A DNA stretch of 64,000 nt, taken from assembly GCA_963697995.1 (NCBI GenBank), contig OY969110.1, forward strand, positions 63,585 through 127,584, in the 5' to 3' direction. Made by a program: the position numbers and the translations under genes. Of this stretch, positions 18,541 through 28,608 are shown piece by piece (the first letter of the stretch is position 1; each line of letters opens with the position of its first letter). A model generated the notes under the pieces. It was not told the DNA's origin and searched no databases. It saw only the letters and a list, made by a program, of their open reading frames with translations. Origin of the DNA: an uncultured Chlamydiae bacterium (GTDB lineage: Bacteria > Chlamydiota > Chlamydiia > Chlamydiales > JAJFMB01).

Positions 18541-20983
18541 ATGGAAAAAGAGTCGGAAGAAGAGTTTGAAATTGAGGAGACCCTATTCAAGTCACTAGGG
18601 CAAGAGAGAGGTCTTACCTCTCACGAGTTCACCCCCCCGGAGGAGCTTTCGATTATTCCTGTCGTGAAACGCCCATTTTTTCCAGGAATGGCGGCGCCAA
18701 TTGTGATCGAACCTGGGCCCTACTATGAACTTTTAAAAAAAATAGCTAAATCTGATCACAAATGCCTTGGGTTTACTCCTTACAAAAAAGGAGGAGTTTA
18801 ATCCTAATACTGTTTCATTTAAAGATCTCTATAAAGTTGGAACACTTGCGCGTATTTTGAAAGTCGTTCCCTTAGAACAAGGGGGAGCTCAAGTCATTTT
18901 TAATATGGAGAAAAGGTTTAAAGTGATCGAACCTCTCCATCAAAAAAGACCGCTAAAAGCTCTCGTCAAGTACCACGAAGATTCAGAGGTGATCACAAAA
19001 GAATTGAAAGCTTACGCGCTAAGTATTTTATCGACGATAAAAGAGCTTTTAAAGCTAAATCCCCTCTTTAAAGAAGAGCTCCAAATTTTCCTTGGGCATT
19101 CAGACTTTACAGAACCTGGAAAACTTGCCGATTTTGCAGCCGCCCTGACAACTTCTTCAAGAGATGAACAACAAAATATTCTTTCAACATTCAACATTTC
19201 CAACCGAATCGAAAAAGCTCTTCTTCTCTTAAAAAAAGAGCTTGATTTAGTTGCCCTTCAAACAAATATCACTCAAAAAATTGAATCGACGATCTCTAAA
19301 AACCAAAAAGATTTTTTCCTAAAAGAGCAGCTCAAAACGATAAAACGGGAACTTGGAATCGAAAAGGATGATAAATCCTTAGATAAAGACAAGTTTGAGG
19401 CAAGACTACAAGATCGAAAACCCACTGATCAGGTCCTCGAAGTGATCAATGAGGAGATCGAAAAACTTTCAGTCTTAGATATTCAATCCTCAGAGTACGC
19501 AGTTTCCAGGGGGTACCTCGACTGGTTGACGATCATCCCTTGGGGAGTTAAAAGTGAGGAGTGTCACGACTTAAAACTTGCTAAAAAGGTTCTCGACACC
19601 GACCACTTTGGCCTTAAAGACATTAAGGAGAGGATCTTAGAGTTTATTAGCGTCGGAAAACTCACCCACGGCGTGAAGGGAAGCATTATTTGTCTTGTAG
19701 GCCCCCCTGGAGTTGGAAAAACGAGTATTGGAAGAAGTATTGCAAGAGCTTTAAACCGCAAGTTTAACCGGTTTTCCGTTGGAGGAATGCGAGATGAGGC
19801 TGAAATTAAAGGGCACAGACGCACCTATATTGGCGCGATGCCGGGAAAACTGGTTCAAGCTCTAAAACTTACACAAACGATGAACCCCGTGATCATGCTA
19901 GACGAAGTCGATAAAATGGGTTCGAGTTTTCAGGGAGACCCAGCGTCTGCCCTTTTAGAAGTTTTAGATCCTGAACAAAACAAAGACTTTCTCGATCACT
20001 ACCTCGATGTGCCCTGCGATCTGTCTGATGTGCTCTTTATTGTCACAGCAAACGTTTTAGACACTATCCCAGAGCCCCTACTCGACCGAATGGAGATTCT
20101 TCGCCTTTCAGGATATATCTTAGAGGAGAAAATTGAAATTGCAGAAAAATACTTAATTCCGAGAAACAGAAAAGCGATGGGACTTAAAGGGCAACACGTC
20201 TCTTTTACAAAACAGGCTCTTATTGCCTTAATCAACGGCTATGCAAGGGAAGCTGGGGTTCGTAACTTAGAGAATCTTATCAAAAAGATTTTCAGAAAAG
20301 TGGCTATGGAGATTGTCGAAGGGACACATAAAACAAAAGAAAAAAGTCACAAAATTACCCTCAAAAATTTAGAACACTATTTGGGTAAACCTATTTTCAC
20401 CTCAGACAGATTTTACGAAGAGACTCCTGTGGGTGTCGCCACAGGACTTGCATGGACAGCACTTGGGGGAGCTATTCTCTTTATAGAAACAGTCAAAGTG
20501 CCCGCTGAAAAAACGGTGATGGTTTTAACTGGACAAGCAGGGGATGTGATGAAAGAGTCTTCCCAAATTGCCTGGAGCTACCTGCACAGCACCATCCATA
20601 AATATGCTCCTGAGTACACCTTTTTTGAAAAATCGCAAGTTCACATCCATATTCCTGAAGGGGCGACTCCAAAAGATGGTCCCTCAGCTGGGGTGACGAT
20701 GTGCACAGCTCTTCTCTCACTTGCCATGAACACGCCTATAAAACAAGATCTTGCGATGACAGGCGAGATCACTTTAACCGGACGGATTCTTCCTGTGGGA
20801 GGAATTAAAGAAAAAGTCGTTGCGGCAAGAAGAGCTAAAATTCAAACACTTATTCTTCCAAAAGACAATAAAAGAGATTTCGATGAACTTCCAACTCACA
20901 TAAAAGAGGGACTTGTGATACACTATGTGAGTACTTACGATGAGGTGTTTCCCATTGCCTTTAAAGATAGAAACCCAACCTGA
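18541..20983 (+). CDS. lon: Lon protease, split by an apparent 1-bp frameshift near 18770
   Basis: N-domain start (RPFFPGM) in 18541-18801 continues as GLLLTKK in the 18767 frame; GPPGVGKTS; PKDGPSAG. Confidence 0.93.
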
Positions 20984-21473
20984 GACTTTAGAACTCTTCG
21001 TTGAAACAAAATTTATTTCAAGAGAAGAGCTCTCCTCTTTTGCTGAGGCGATTCGCGCAAAAGGATTAACGATTGCGACTCTAAACGGCTCATTTGACTT
21101 AATGCACGCAGGGCACCTTCAGATCATCTTTGAAGCTAAACAACAAGCCGATGTTTTGATAGTCGCTTTAAATTCTGATGAATCGATCAAAGCGTACAAA
21201 TCAAAAGATCGCCCCATTGTTCCGTTACATTATCGACTAAAAATGATGGCAGCACTTCAATTTGTCGATTATGTGACCTCATTTGAAGAGACTGATCCTA
21301 TCCGTTTACTTCAAGAGATTAAGCCAAATGTTCACGTCAATGGCTCTGAATATGGGATCAACTGCATCGAATCGGAGGCTGTCAAGCAAATGGGAGGAGT
21401 TATCCACATTGTGGATCTCGTTGCCTCTCTTTCGACCTCTCAACTGATCAAAAAAATTAAGGAATTACCATGA
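20940..21473 (+). CDS. RfaE/HldE domain-II-like nucleotidyltransferase
   Basis: NGSFDLMHAGH; ALNSDES; LSTSQLI. Confidence 0.85.
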   Translation: MRCFPLPLKIETQPETLELFVETKFISREELSSFAEAIRAKGLTIATLNGSFDLMHAGHLQIIFEAKQQADVLIVALNSDESIKAYKSKDRPIVPLHYRLKMMAALQFVDYVTSFEETDPIRLLQEIKPNVHVNGSEYGINCIESEAVKQMGGVIHIVDLVASLSTSQLIKKIKELP

Positions 21474-22213
21474 GAGAACCTCCTCTTGGCCCTCTCACTA
21501 AGTTTATCGTAGGTTTTTGCACCCTTCTTTTTGCCATCTCAGCCATTACTACTCCAACAGATGAAACAGGGCCTGCCCTGTCTACAATAAAAAAAGAGAT
21601 GCTCTACGACTACCCAAAAGCGTATGAACTCAATCAGAATATCCCCTACTGGGAAGGGTTTTACAATCAAATCGTTTCCCATTTTAAAGAGGGCACTGCC
21701 TTCAAAATTCAAGCTCCCGTCTTTGAAAAAATTAAACAAGGTGAGGTCTGGCGCCTTTTCACTCCTATTTTTTTACACGGAGATATTTTTCATCTTCTTT
21801 TCAATATGGCTTGGGCCATTGTGATTGGAAGGCAGCTTGAAAGTCGCTTAGGTCTTTTTAAAACATCCCTTTTTATTTTGATCACAGCTTTAGTCTCAAA
21901 TACGGCCCAATACCTGATGAGTGGTCCAAACTTTATTGGTTATTCGGGAGTTCTTTGCGGAATGTTTGCCTTTATCTGGGTAAGGCAAAAAAAAGCTCCT
22001 TGGGAGGAGTACGATTTGGATTCCTCAACCGCCCTTTTTATACTCGTTTTTGTTTCAGGACTCTTTCTTTTTGAAACGTTTGCTACGTTACTAAATATTT
22101 ACGGAAATATTTATATATCACCAAATATTGCGAACACGGCCCATATCACCGGAGGATTAACGGGAGCTTTTCTTGCAGCTCTTCCCTATTTTTCTAGAAA
22201 AGATACCGCTTGA
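21470..22213 (+). CDS. Rhomboid intramembrane serine protease
   Basis: WRLFTPIFLH; HLLFNM; GYSG (catalytic Ser); AHITGG (catalytic His). Confidence 0.92.
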   Translation: MREPPLGPLTKFIVGFCTLLFAISAITTPTDETGPALSTIKKEMLYDYPKAYELNQNIPYWEGFYNQIVSHFKEGTAFKIQAPVFEKIKQGEVWRLFTPIFLHGDIFHLLFNMAWAIVIGRQLESRLGLFKTSLFILITALVSNTAQYLMSGPNFIGYSGVLCGMFAFIWVRQKKAPWEEYDLDSSTALFILVFVSGLFLFETFATLLNIYGNIYISPNIANTAHITGGLTGAFLAALPYFSRKDTA

Positions 22214-22231
22214 TTCACTATAATCTCTCGT

Positions 22232-23146
22232 ATGAGCGTTCGCGATTTAAAAGTTTTAGGCACCTCCTCTCAGCAACCAACTCGGGAAAGAAACCATGGA
22301 GCTTACCTTATTCGGTGGAATGGGGAGGGTTTCCTCTTTGACCCGGGGGAAGGCACTCAAAGACAATTTATTTTTGCAGATGTAGCCCCTCCTACAGTGA
22401 CTAGAATTTTCGTCTCCCACTTTCATGGGGATCACTGCTTAGGACTCGGCTCAATGCTCATGCGTCTTAACTTAGACAAAGTGAATCATCCCATTCATTG
22501 CTACTACCCTGCTAGCGGTAAAAAATATTTTGACAGATTGCGGTATGGAACGATTTACCACGAAATGATTGAAGTGATAGAGCATCCGGTTGATAAGGGT
22601 GGGCTTGTGCACGATGATGGGCATTTTAAGATTGAAGCTGGCTTTTTAGTCCATGGCGTCGACAATTTAGGTTGGCGAATCACTGAAAGCGACACGCGTA
22701 AATTCGACAAAAAAAAATTAAAAACATGTGGAGTCGAGGGTCCAAACGTGAGACTGCTTCAAGAGAGAGGAGAGCTTCTCATCGATGGAAACCTAGTGGT
22801 TTTAGATGATGTGAGTGTGATCAGAAAGGGAGATATTTTAGCCTATGTGGTCGATACAAGACCTTGTGAAACGGCCGTCAATTTAGCAAAAGGTGCCAAA
22901 CTTTTCATTTGCGAAAGCACCTATACGGATGAGCATCAAAAACTTGCCCACAAGCATTTTCATTTAACAGCAAGACAGGCTGCAGAGATGGCAAAAGAGG
23001 CGGGGGCTTCTCAGTTGATTTTAACCCACTTTTCAGCTCGTTACGCGAGTGTGAGAGAGATTGAAAAAGAAGCTAAAGAGATTTTTCCAAATACAATCGT
23101 TGCAGAAGATTTAATGACGTATTCCTGGCCAAAAAATGAGCAGTAG
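22232..23146 (+). CDS. rnz: Ribonuclease Z
   Basis: DPGEGTQRQ; SHFHGDH; THFSARY. Confidence 0.94.
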   Translation: MSVRDLKVLGTSSQQPTRERNHGAYLIRWNGEGFLFDPGEGTQRQFIFADVAPPTVTRIFVSHFHGDHCLGLGSMLMRLNLDKVNHPIHCYYPASGKKYFDRLRYGTIYHEMIEVIEHPVDKGGLVHDDGHFKIEAGFLVHGVDNLGWRITESDTRKFDKKKLKTCGVEGPNVRLLQERGELLIDGNLVVLDDVSVIRKGDILAYVVDTRPCETAVNLAKGAKLFICESTYTDEHQKLAHKHFHLTARQAAEMAKEAGASQLILTHFSARYASVREIEKEAKEIFPNTIVAEDLMTYSWPKNEQ

Positions 23147-23157
23147 TATATATCTTT

Positions 23158-24171
23158 ATGCAAGGAGAATCTTCCATGTTTATAGAGACTGCATACCGTT
23201 TTTTAGAGCATTTAAAAGTTGTCAAAGCTGCATCTGAACACACCGTCAGAAATTACGCTATCGATCTTAATGCTTTAAAGCTATTTATCGAATCGACTGC
23301 TTTTAGCGATAAAAAACCGGAAGATTTACCAGAAAAAATCAGACACGACGCGAAATACAACGAGCGGTGGAAAGGTAACGACAATTTAATTGTGTTGTCT
23401 GAAGTTGATCGAAACACTATTCGAAAATTTATTGCCTCGCTAAACGACACAAACGCCCACAAGAGAACCATTGTGAGGCGCTTATCGTCCCTTAAGACCT
23501 TTTTTAAATTTGCGCTTTCCCTGCAACTGATTCGTGAAAACCCGATCGAGGATATAGAGTCGCCAAAACTAGAGAAGAAAATTCCTCTTTCAGTTTCATT
23601 CGATCAGATCAAGATTCTTTTCAACCAACCCGATACGGACACTTACCTTGGATTTCGGGACCGAGTGATTATGGAGCTTTTTTACAGCTCAGGATTACGG
23701 GTGAGCGAGCTTGCCGATTTGAATCGGGAAGATGTCGACTTAAAAAATTGCACACTTAAAGTTAGGGGTAAAGGAAAAAAGGAGAGGGTTGTTCCTATAA
23801 CAGAGCATGCGGCAAAATGGATACGTGAGTATTTGGAGCACCCTGAAAGACACCTTGATGGAAGCGGACATTTTTCTCAAGTGGACGAAAGGGCTATTTT
23901 CTTAAACAAACTTGGAACGAGGATCACAACTCGTTCAATCGACAGAAACTTTGATAAGTACTTAAAGGGTTCAGGCCTTGCAGCAGATATCACACCCCAC
24001 ACGATTAGACACACGATAGCGACCCATTGGCTAGAAAACGGGATGGACTTAAAAACGATACAAACGATTTTGGGTCACAGCTCTCTTGCAACAACGACGA
24101 TCTACACCCAGGTCTCACCAAAGGTAAAACAAGAGACGTACAACAAAGCGCACCCTCACCAGCTCTCTTGA
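23158..24171 (+). CDS. xerC: Tyrosine recombinase XerC (housekeeping; start may be 23176)
   Basis: GLRVSEL; GKGKKER; HTIRH; LGH; TTIY; rnz-xerC-ABC-F synteny of Chlamydiae. Confidence 0.92.
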   Translation: MQGESSMFIETAYRFLEHLKVVKAASEHTVRNYAIDLNALKLFIESTAFSDKKPEDLPEKIRHDAKYNERWKGNDNLIVLSEVDRNTIRKFIASLNDTNAHKRTIVRRLSSLKTFFKFALSLQLIRENPIEDIESPKLEKKIPLSVSFDQIKILFNQPDTDTYLGFRDRVIMELFYSSGLRVSELADLNREDVDLKNCTLKVRGKGKKERVVPITEHAAKWIREYLEHPERHLDGSGHFSQVDERAIFLNKLGTRITTRSIDRNFDKYLKGSGLAADITPHTIRHTIATHWLENGMDLKTIQTILGHSSLATTTIYTQVSPKVKQETYNKAHPHQLS

Positions 24172-24227
24172 GGGGATAAACCTTTTAGTTGATGAATTCT
24201 CTCTTCTTTAAGATTTGCCCTCTTTCA

Positions 24228-24336
24228 CAAAACTTGCCCCTGCCCTCTTCTCCTTCCCCTTCCCCAAACTTGCCCTTGCCCATGCCCGTGCCCTCTTCTC
24301 CTTCCCCTAAACTTTCCCATGCCGTTGCCCGTGCCC
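24228..24336 (+). repeat. Pyrimidine-rich short repeats (TGCCCN hexamers and CCCTCTTCTCCTTCCCC modules)
   Basis: AAACTT-(TGCCCN)n-TCTTCTCCTTCCCC repeated 2-3 times; a short inverted copy lies at 25144-25169. Confidence 0.8.
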
Positions 24337-25155
24337 TGTAAGCGTCAAACGAGACCCTGTATTAAAAACCGCGAAGCGGTTGCCGGAGGGGGTAAAGGGG
24401 GAACCGCGCAGGGGTTCCCCCGCTTAGATGGAATCATTACAATTGATCAAGATGATTCGAGATTATAGTTTGTTCTTCGATGTTTATTACTTAAAGCATC
24501 TTTAAAAGGGGGAACCACGCAGGGGTTCCCCCGCTTAGATGGAATCATTACAATTGATCAAGATGATTCGAGATTATAGTTTGTTCTTCGATGTTTACAA
24601 CTTAAAGCATCTTTAAAGGGGAAACCGCGCAGGGATTTCCCCACTTAGATGAAATCATTACAATTGATCAAGATGATTCGAGATTATAGTTTGTTCTTCG
24701 ATGTTTACAACTTAAAGCATCTTTAAAGGGGGAACCGCGCAGGGGTTCCCCCGCTTAGATGGAATCATTACAATTGATCAAGATGATTCGAGATTATAGT
24801 TTGTTCTTCGATGTTTATTACTTAAAGCATCTTTAAAGGGGGAACCGCGCAGGGGTTCCCCCGCTTAGATGGAATCATTACAATTAATCAAGATGATTCG
24901 AGATTATAGTTTGTTCTTCGATGTTTACAACTTAAAGCATCTTTAAAGGGGGAAACCGCGCAGGGGTTTCCCCACTTAGATGAAATCATTACAATTGATC
25001 AAGATGATTCGAGATTATAGTTTGTTCTTCGATGTTTACAACTTAAAGCATCTTTAAAGGGGGAACCCCTGCGCGGTTCCCCCTTTACCCCCTCCGGCAA
25101 CCGCTTCGCGGTTTTAAATACATGACCTCGTTTGACGCTTACAGGGCATGGGCAA
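24325..25155. repeat. Element with 97-bp terminal inverted repeats enclosing six ~110-bp tandem units
   Basis: TIRs 24325-24421 and 25059-25155 (~5 mismatches, no indels); hairpin GGGGGAACCGCGCAGGGGTTCCCCC at 24397, 24508, 24618, 24728, 24838, 24948 and inverted at 25059. Confidence 0.95.
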
Positions 25156-25175
25156 GTTTGGGAGGAGGACAAGGA

Positions 25176-26918
25176 TTAAGGCAAGAAGCCATTGGTTTGC
25201 ATAGCCCAACGTCTTGCGTAAATCCCCTTCTTCTTCAATAGCTCCTCGTGAGTTCCCTCCTCTACGATCACCCCATCGTCTAAAACAAGAAGACGATCCA
25301 TATGACTCAATGTCGATAAACGGTGCGCTATCGCAATCACCGTCTTACCCTCCATCAAAATCGATAGCGACTCCTGAATTTTACCCTCCGTCTCCGAATC
25401 TAAAGCACTCGTCGCTTCATCTAAAATCAGTATGGGCGCGCCTTTCAAAAAGGCTCTTGCTATCGCGATCCGCTGTCTCTGGCCACCTGAGAGTTTAACA
25501 CCACTCTCACCAACTAACGTTTGGTAGCTTTGAGGCATCGACTCAATAAACTCATCGCAATACGCAAGTTTCGAGGCTAAAAACACCTCGTCATCTGTCG
25601 CCCCCTCTCTTCCATACCTAATATTTTCCATAAGCGATCGGTGAAAAAGGTAGGTGTCTTGAGGTATTAATGCGATTTGTGAACGAAGCGACTCTTGTGT
25701 TACCGAACGCACATCTTGACCATCGATCAAAATAGCCCCTTGATCGACGTCAAAATTCCGAAGTAAGAGATTCACAATCGTCGATTTACCACTCCCCGAT
25801 GTCCCAATTAACCCCACTTTCTCGTGAGGCTTAATCTTAAACGACTTATCTTTAAAAAGAGGAGGTTGCTCTAAATGTTGAAACGTGACGTTGTTAAAGA
25901 AAATCTCCCCATCAGTCACTTTTAGAGGCACTGCACCTTTTGAATCGGTGATTTCAAAAGGAATCTTATAAAAGGTAAATGCCTGCTTTGCAATCCCAAT
26001 CTCTTTAAAATAAATCACAAACTGCTCGGCAAGCCACCAGGTAAACATCAACACGTTAATTGCTGTCGTCATCACAAACGTGAAATCTCCCACGGTAATC
26101 AAACGGTATGACCACATGTAAAGAAGCAAAAACAAAAGACCCGTAAATAAAAAGATGCTTGAAATCCCCTGAAAGGTGTGCATCTTAAACATGTGGTAAT
26201 GAAGCTTTCGAAAACGACCAATCTCCTCCTCTTGATACTCGGTCAAACGCTCATTTTCAAACCGCTTTCCAGAAAAAGCCCTGACTGTCCCCATGTTTTT
26301 AAATGTATCCACAATCTGACCGCTAATCTCTGATTGCGCTTCCGAATGTTCGTTTGAATACTGAATACACTTTTTTGCAAAAGCAAATGTTACCCCAATG
26401 TACACGACGATCCACAAGACTACAAATAACCCAAAATAAACGTTAACAGAAAAAAGAAAGGCCGTTGTGATCACATACATCACTCCAATGGGCAAAAAAG
26501 CATAGTCGACACAGTTAAAAAGCTCCTCAAAAGCCCTCGCCATATCAAGCACTTTGTTCGATAAATTCCCCGCTAATTGATCCTGAAAAAAACGGTAAGA
26601 ATGATTTTGAAAGGATTCAAATAAATCCTTTCTCATTAACGCTTTGATATCGGGAATCATCCAAATACGCAAAAGCTCTTTAATCCTATAGGTCGCTTCA
26701 ATACAGATTTCTGCCAAAAGAAATAACACAAGAGGCCAACCAATATGAATAAACAAGGGCAAAGGAGCCCCTTCAAAACTAATAGCGCGATCGATAATTA
26801 CTTTTAAAAGGTAAGGGCTTGCAGAACTAACAACCCCCCAAATAATAGACATTAAGACAAGAAAAAACAGGCTTAAACGATGAGGCTTTAAATACTTCCA
26901 AAAAAATAGAGCTAACAT
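25176..26918 (-). CDS. ABC exporter, fused TMD-NBD
   Basis: N-terminal TM helices; GTSGSGKS; LSGGQRQR; ILILDEATSALD. Confidence 0.93.
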   Translation of the reverse strand: MLALFFWKYLKPHRLSLFFLVLMSIIWGVVSSASPYLLKVIIDRAISFEGAPLPLFIHIGWPLVLFLLAEICIEATYRIKELLRIWMIPDIKALMRKDLFESFQNHSYRFFQDQLAGNLSNKVLDMARAFEELFNCVDYAFLPIGVMYVITTAFLFSVNVYFGLFVVLWIVVYIGVTFAFAKKCIQYSNEHSEAQSEISGQIVDTFKNMGTVRAFSGKRFENERLTEYQEEEIGRFRKLHYHMFKMHTFQGISSIFLFTGLLFLLLYMWSYRLITVGDFTFVMTTAINVLMFTWWLAEQFVIYFKEIGIAKQAFTFYKIPFEITDSKGAVPLKVTDGEIFFNNVTFQHLEQPPLFKDKSFKIKPHEKVGLIGTSGSGKSTIVNLLLRNFDVDQGAILIDGQDVRSVTQESLRSQIALIPQDTYLFHRSLMENIRYGREGATDDEVFLASKLAYCDEFIESMPQSYQTLVGESGVKLSGGQRQRIAIARAFLKGAPILILDEATSALDSETEGKIQESLSILMEGKTVIAIAHRLSTLSHMDRLLVLDDGVIVEEGTHEELLKKKGIYARRWAMQTNGFLP

Positions 26919-26995
26919 GACTTTTCCAACAGATTTTCCCTTTTCATTATATCTTAGTTTTTGGTAAGATTCTAGAGAATTTTAATGGAAATTAT

Positions 26996-28570
26996 ATGTT
27001 TACTCTCAATTCTGTTTCTAAAAGTTTTGGTAGTCGCGTCCTTTTCGACAAAGTCTCTGCTTCATTTCTTACTGGGCACAGGTATGGTTTGACAGGTCCA
27101 AATGGAGCTGGAAAATCAACCTTGATGAATATCATGATGGGTAAAGAAGAGCCGACAAGTGGAACAGTCACTCTTCCGAAAAAAGTGGGTTGGCTTAAAC
27201 AAAACATCGAACCTTTCAAAAATTTCCGGGTTTTAGACGTTGTTATTCAGGGAAATGCCCCACTTTGGGAAGCCCTCCAAGAAAGAGATCGCCTTTACGA
27301 AGAAGAGTTTACAGACGAAATTGGAATGAAACTTGGCGATTTAGAGGGCATCATTGCTGAAGAAAATGGTTATAGCGCTGAATCAGATGCTGAAGTGCTC
27401 CTTGAGGGAATGGGAATCGAGAAAGAGTACTACGATAAATTGATGGGTGAAATTCCCTCAGACGTACAATTTCAAGTGCTTCTTTGCCAAGCTCTTTTTG
27501 GCAATCCTCAAGCTCTTCTCCTCGACGAACCTACCAACCACTTAGACTTAAAATCGATTCGTTGGCTTGAAAATTTCCTTTTAACTTATAAAGGGGTTTT
27601 AATCGTCATCAGCCACGACCGCCACTTCTTAAATACCGTCACAACAGATATTGCAGATATCGACTACGAGTCGATCATCATCTATCCTGGAAACTACGAC
27701 AATATGGTCGTGACAAAGAGTGCCGTTCGCGAAAGAGCCCTACAAGATGCTAAATCGCAAGAGAAAAAGATCTCTCAACTTAAAGACTTTGTCGCAAAAT
27801 TTAGCGCCGGAACAAGAGCTAGCCAGGTTCAATCCCGACTTAAAGAGATCGAGCGGTTAAAACCTGAAGATATGAAACAAACAAACATTCAACGCCCCTA
27901 TATCAGATTTATCCCTTCAGATCCTTCAGGACAAATCGTCTTAAAAGTGGATAATGTCTCTAAAGCGTACGATGGGCATCAGGTATTGAAAAATGTTTCT
28001 TTCGAAGTCTTAAGAGGAGACAAAATCGGAGTCATCGGAAGTAACGGCCTTGGAAAATCGACCCTTATGAAGATTTTAGCAGGTCATTTACCTCCCGATC
28101 AGGGTAAAGTTGAAAAAGGACACAATGTGGCCTTTTCCTATTTTCCTCAAAACCACGCCGACGTGATCGTTAAAAGTGAAAAAATCACCTCGTTTGAGTG
28201 GTTAAAAAAACTAAGACCCACTGTTTACGAGCAAGAGATTCGGGGTGCTATGGGCAAGCTTTTGTTCTCTGGTGATGATGCGTTTAAAAATGTTCCCACT
28301 CTTTCGGGAGGAGAAACAGCAAGACTGCTCCTTGCTGGAATCATTATCTCAGAACATAATTTGCTTATTTTGGATGAACCCAACAACCATCTCGATCTGG
28401 AAGCAGTATCAGCCCTTGCTTGGGGATTAGAAGAGTATAAAGGAACCGTGGTCGTCGTCAGTCACGATAGAGACTTAATCGATAAAGTGGCCACTAAAAT
28501 CATTGCTTTTGAAAAGGATGGGGTCCACTTCTTTAATGGCCCTCTAGAAGAGTATTTAGCGAAAAAATAA
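26996..28570 (+). CDS. ABC-F family ATPase (YbiT-like)
   Basis: Two NBDs (GPNGAGKS, GSNGLGKS); LDEPTNHLD and LDEPNNHLD; no TMs. Confidence 0.93.
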   Translation: MFTLNSVSKSFGSRVLFDKVSASFLTGHRYGLTGPNGAGKSTLMNIMMGKEEPTSGTVTLPKKVGWLKQNIEPFKNFRVLDVVIQGNAPLWEALQERDRLYEEEFTDEIGMKLGDLEGIIAEENGYSAESDAEVLLEGMGIEKEYYDKLMGEIPSDVQFQVLLCQALFGNPQALLLDEPTNHLDLKSIRWLENFLLTYKGVLIVISHDRHFLNTVTTDIADIDYESIIIYPGNYDNMVVTKSAVRERALQDAKSQEKKISQLKDFVAKFSAGTRASQVQSRLKEIERLKPEDMKQTNIQRPYIRFIPSDPSGQIVLKVDNVSKAYDGHQVLKNVSFEVLRGDKIGVIGSNGLGKSTLMKILAGHLPPDQGKVEKGHNVAFSYFPQNHADVIVKSEKITSFEWLKKLRPTVYEQEIRGAMGKLLFSGDDAFKNVPTLSGGETARLLLAGIIISEHNLLILDEPNNHLDLEAVSALAWGLEEYKGTVVVVSHDRDLIDKVATKIIAFEKDGVHFFNGPLEEYLAKK

Positions 28571-28571
28571 C

Positions 28572-28601
28572 AAGTGCGCTTAAAAAAGTTTAAGCGCACT
28601 T
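28572..28601. terminator. Bidirectional terminator-like hairpin
   Basis: AAGTGCGCTTAAA / TTTAAGCGCACTT between convergent genes. Confidence 0.7.
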
Positions 28602-28608
28602 CAAAAAG

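Noticed and set aside
24397-25083. CRISPR array (palindromic 25-nt repeat at regular spacing)
   Set aside because: The intervening ~85-bp sequences are near-identical rather than unique, the last repeat is inverted, and there are no cas genes in the window
23158-25155. Integron (integrase plus attC array) or shufflon
   Set aside because: The recombinase is the syntenic chlamydial XerC with no evident IntI-specific insertion; the units lack RYYYAAC/GTTRRRY ends and carry no cassettes
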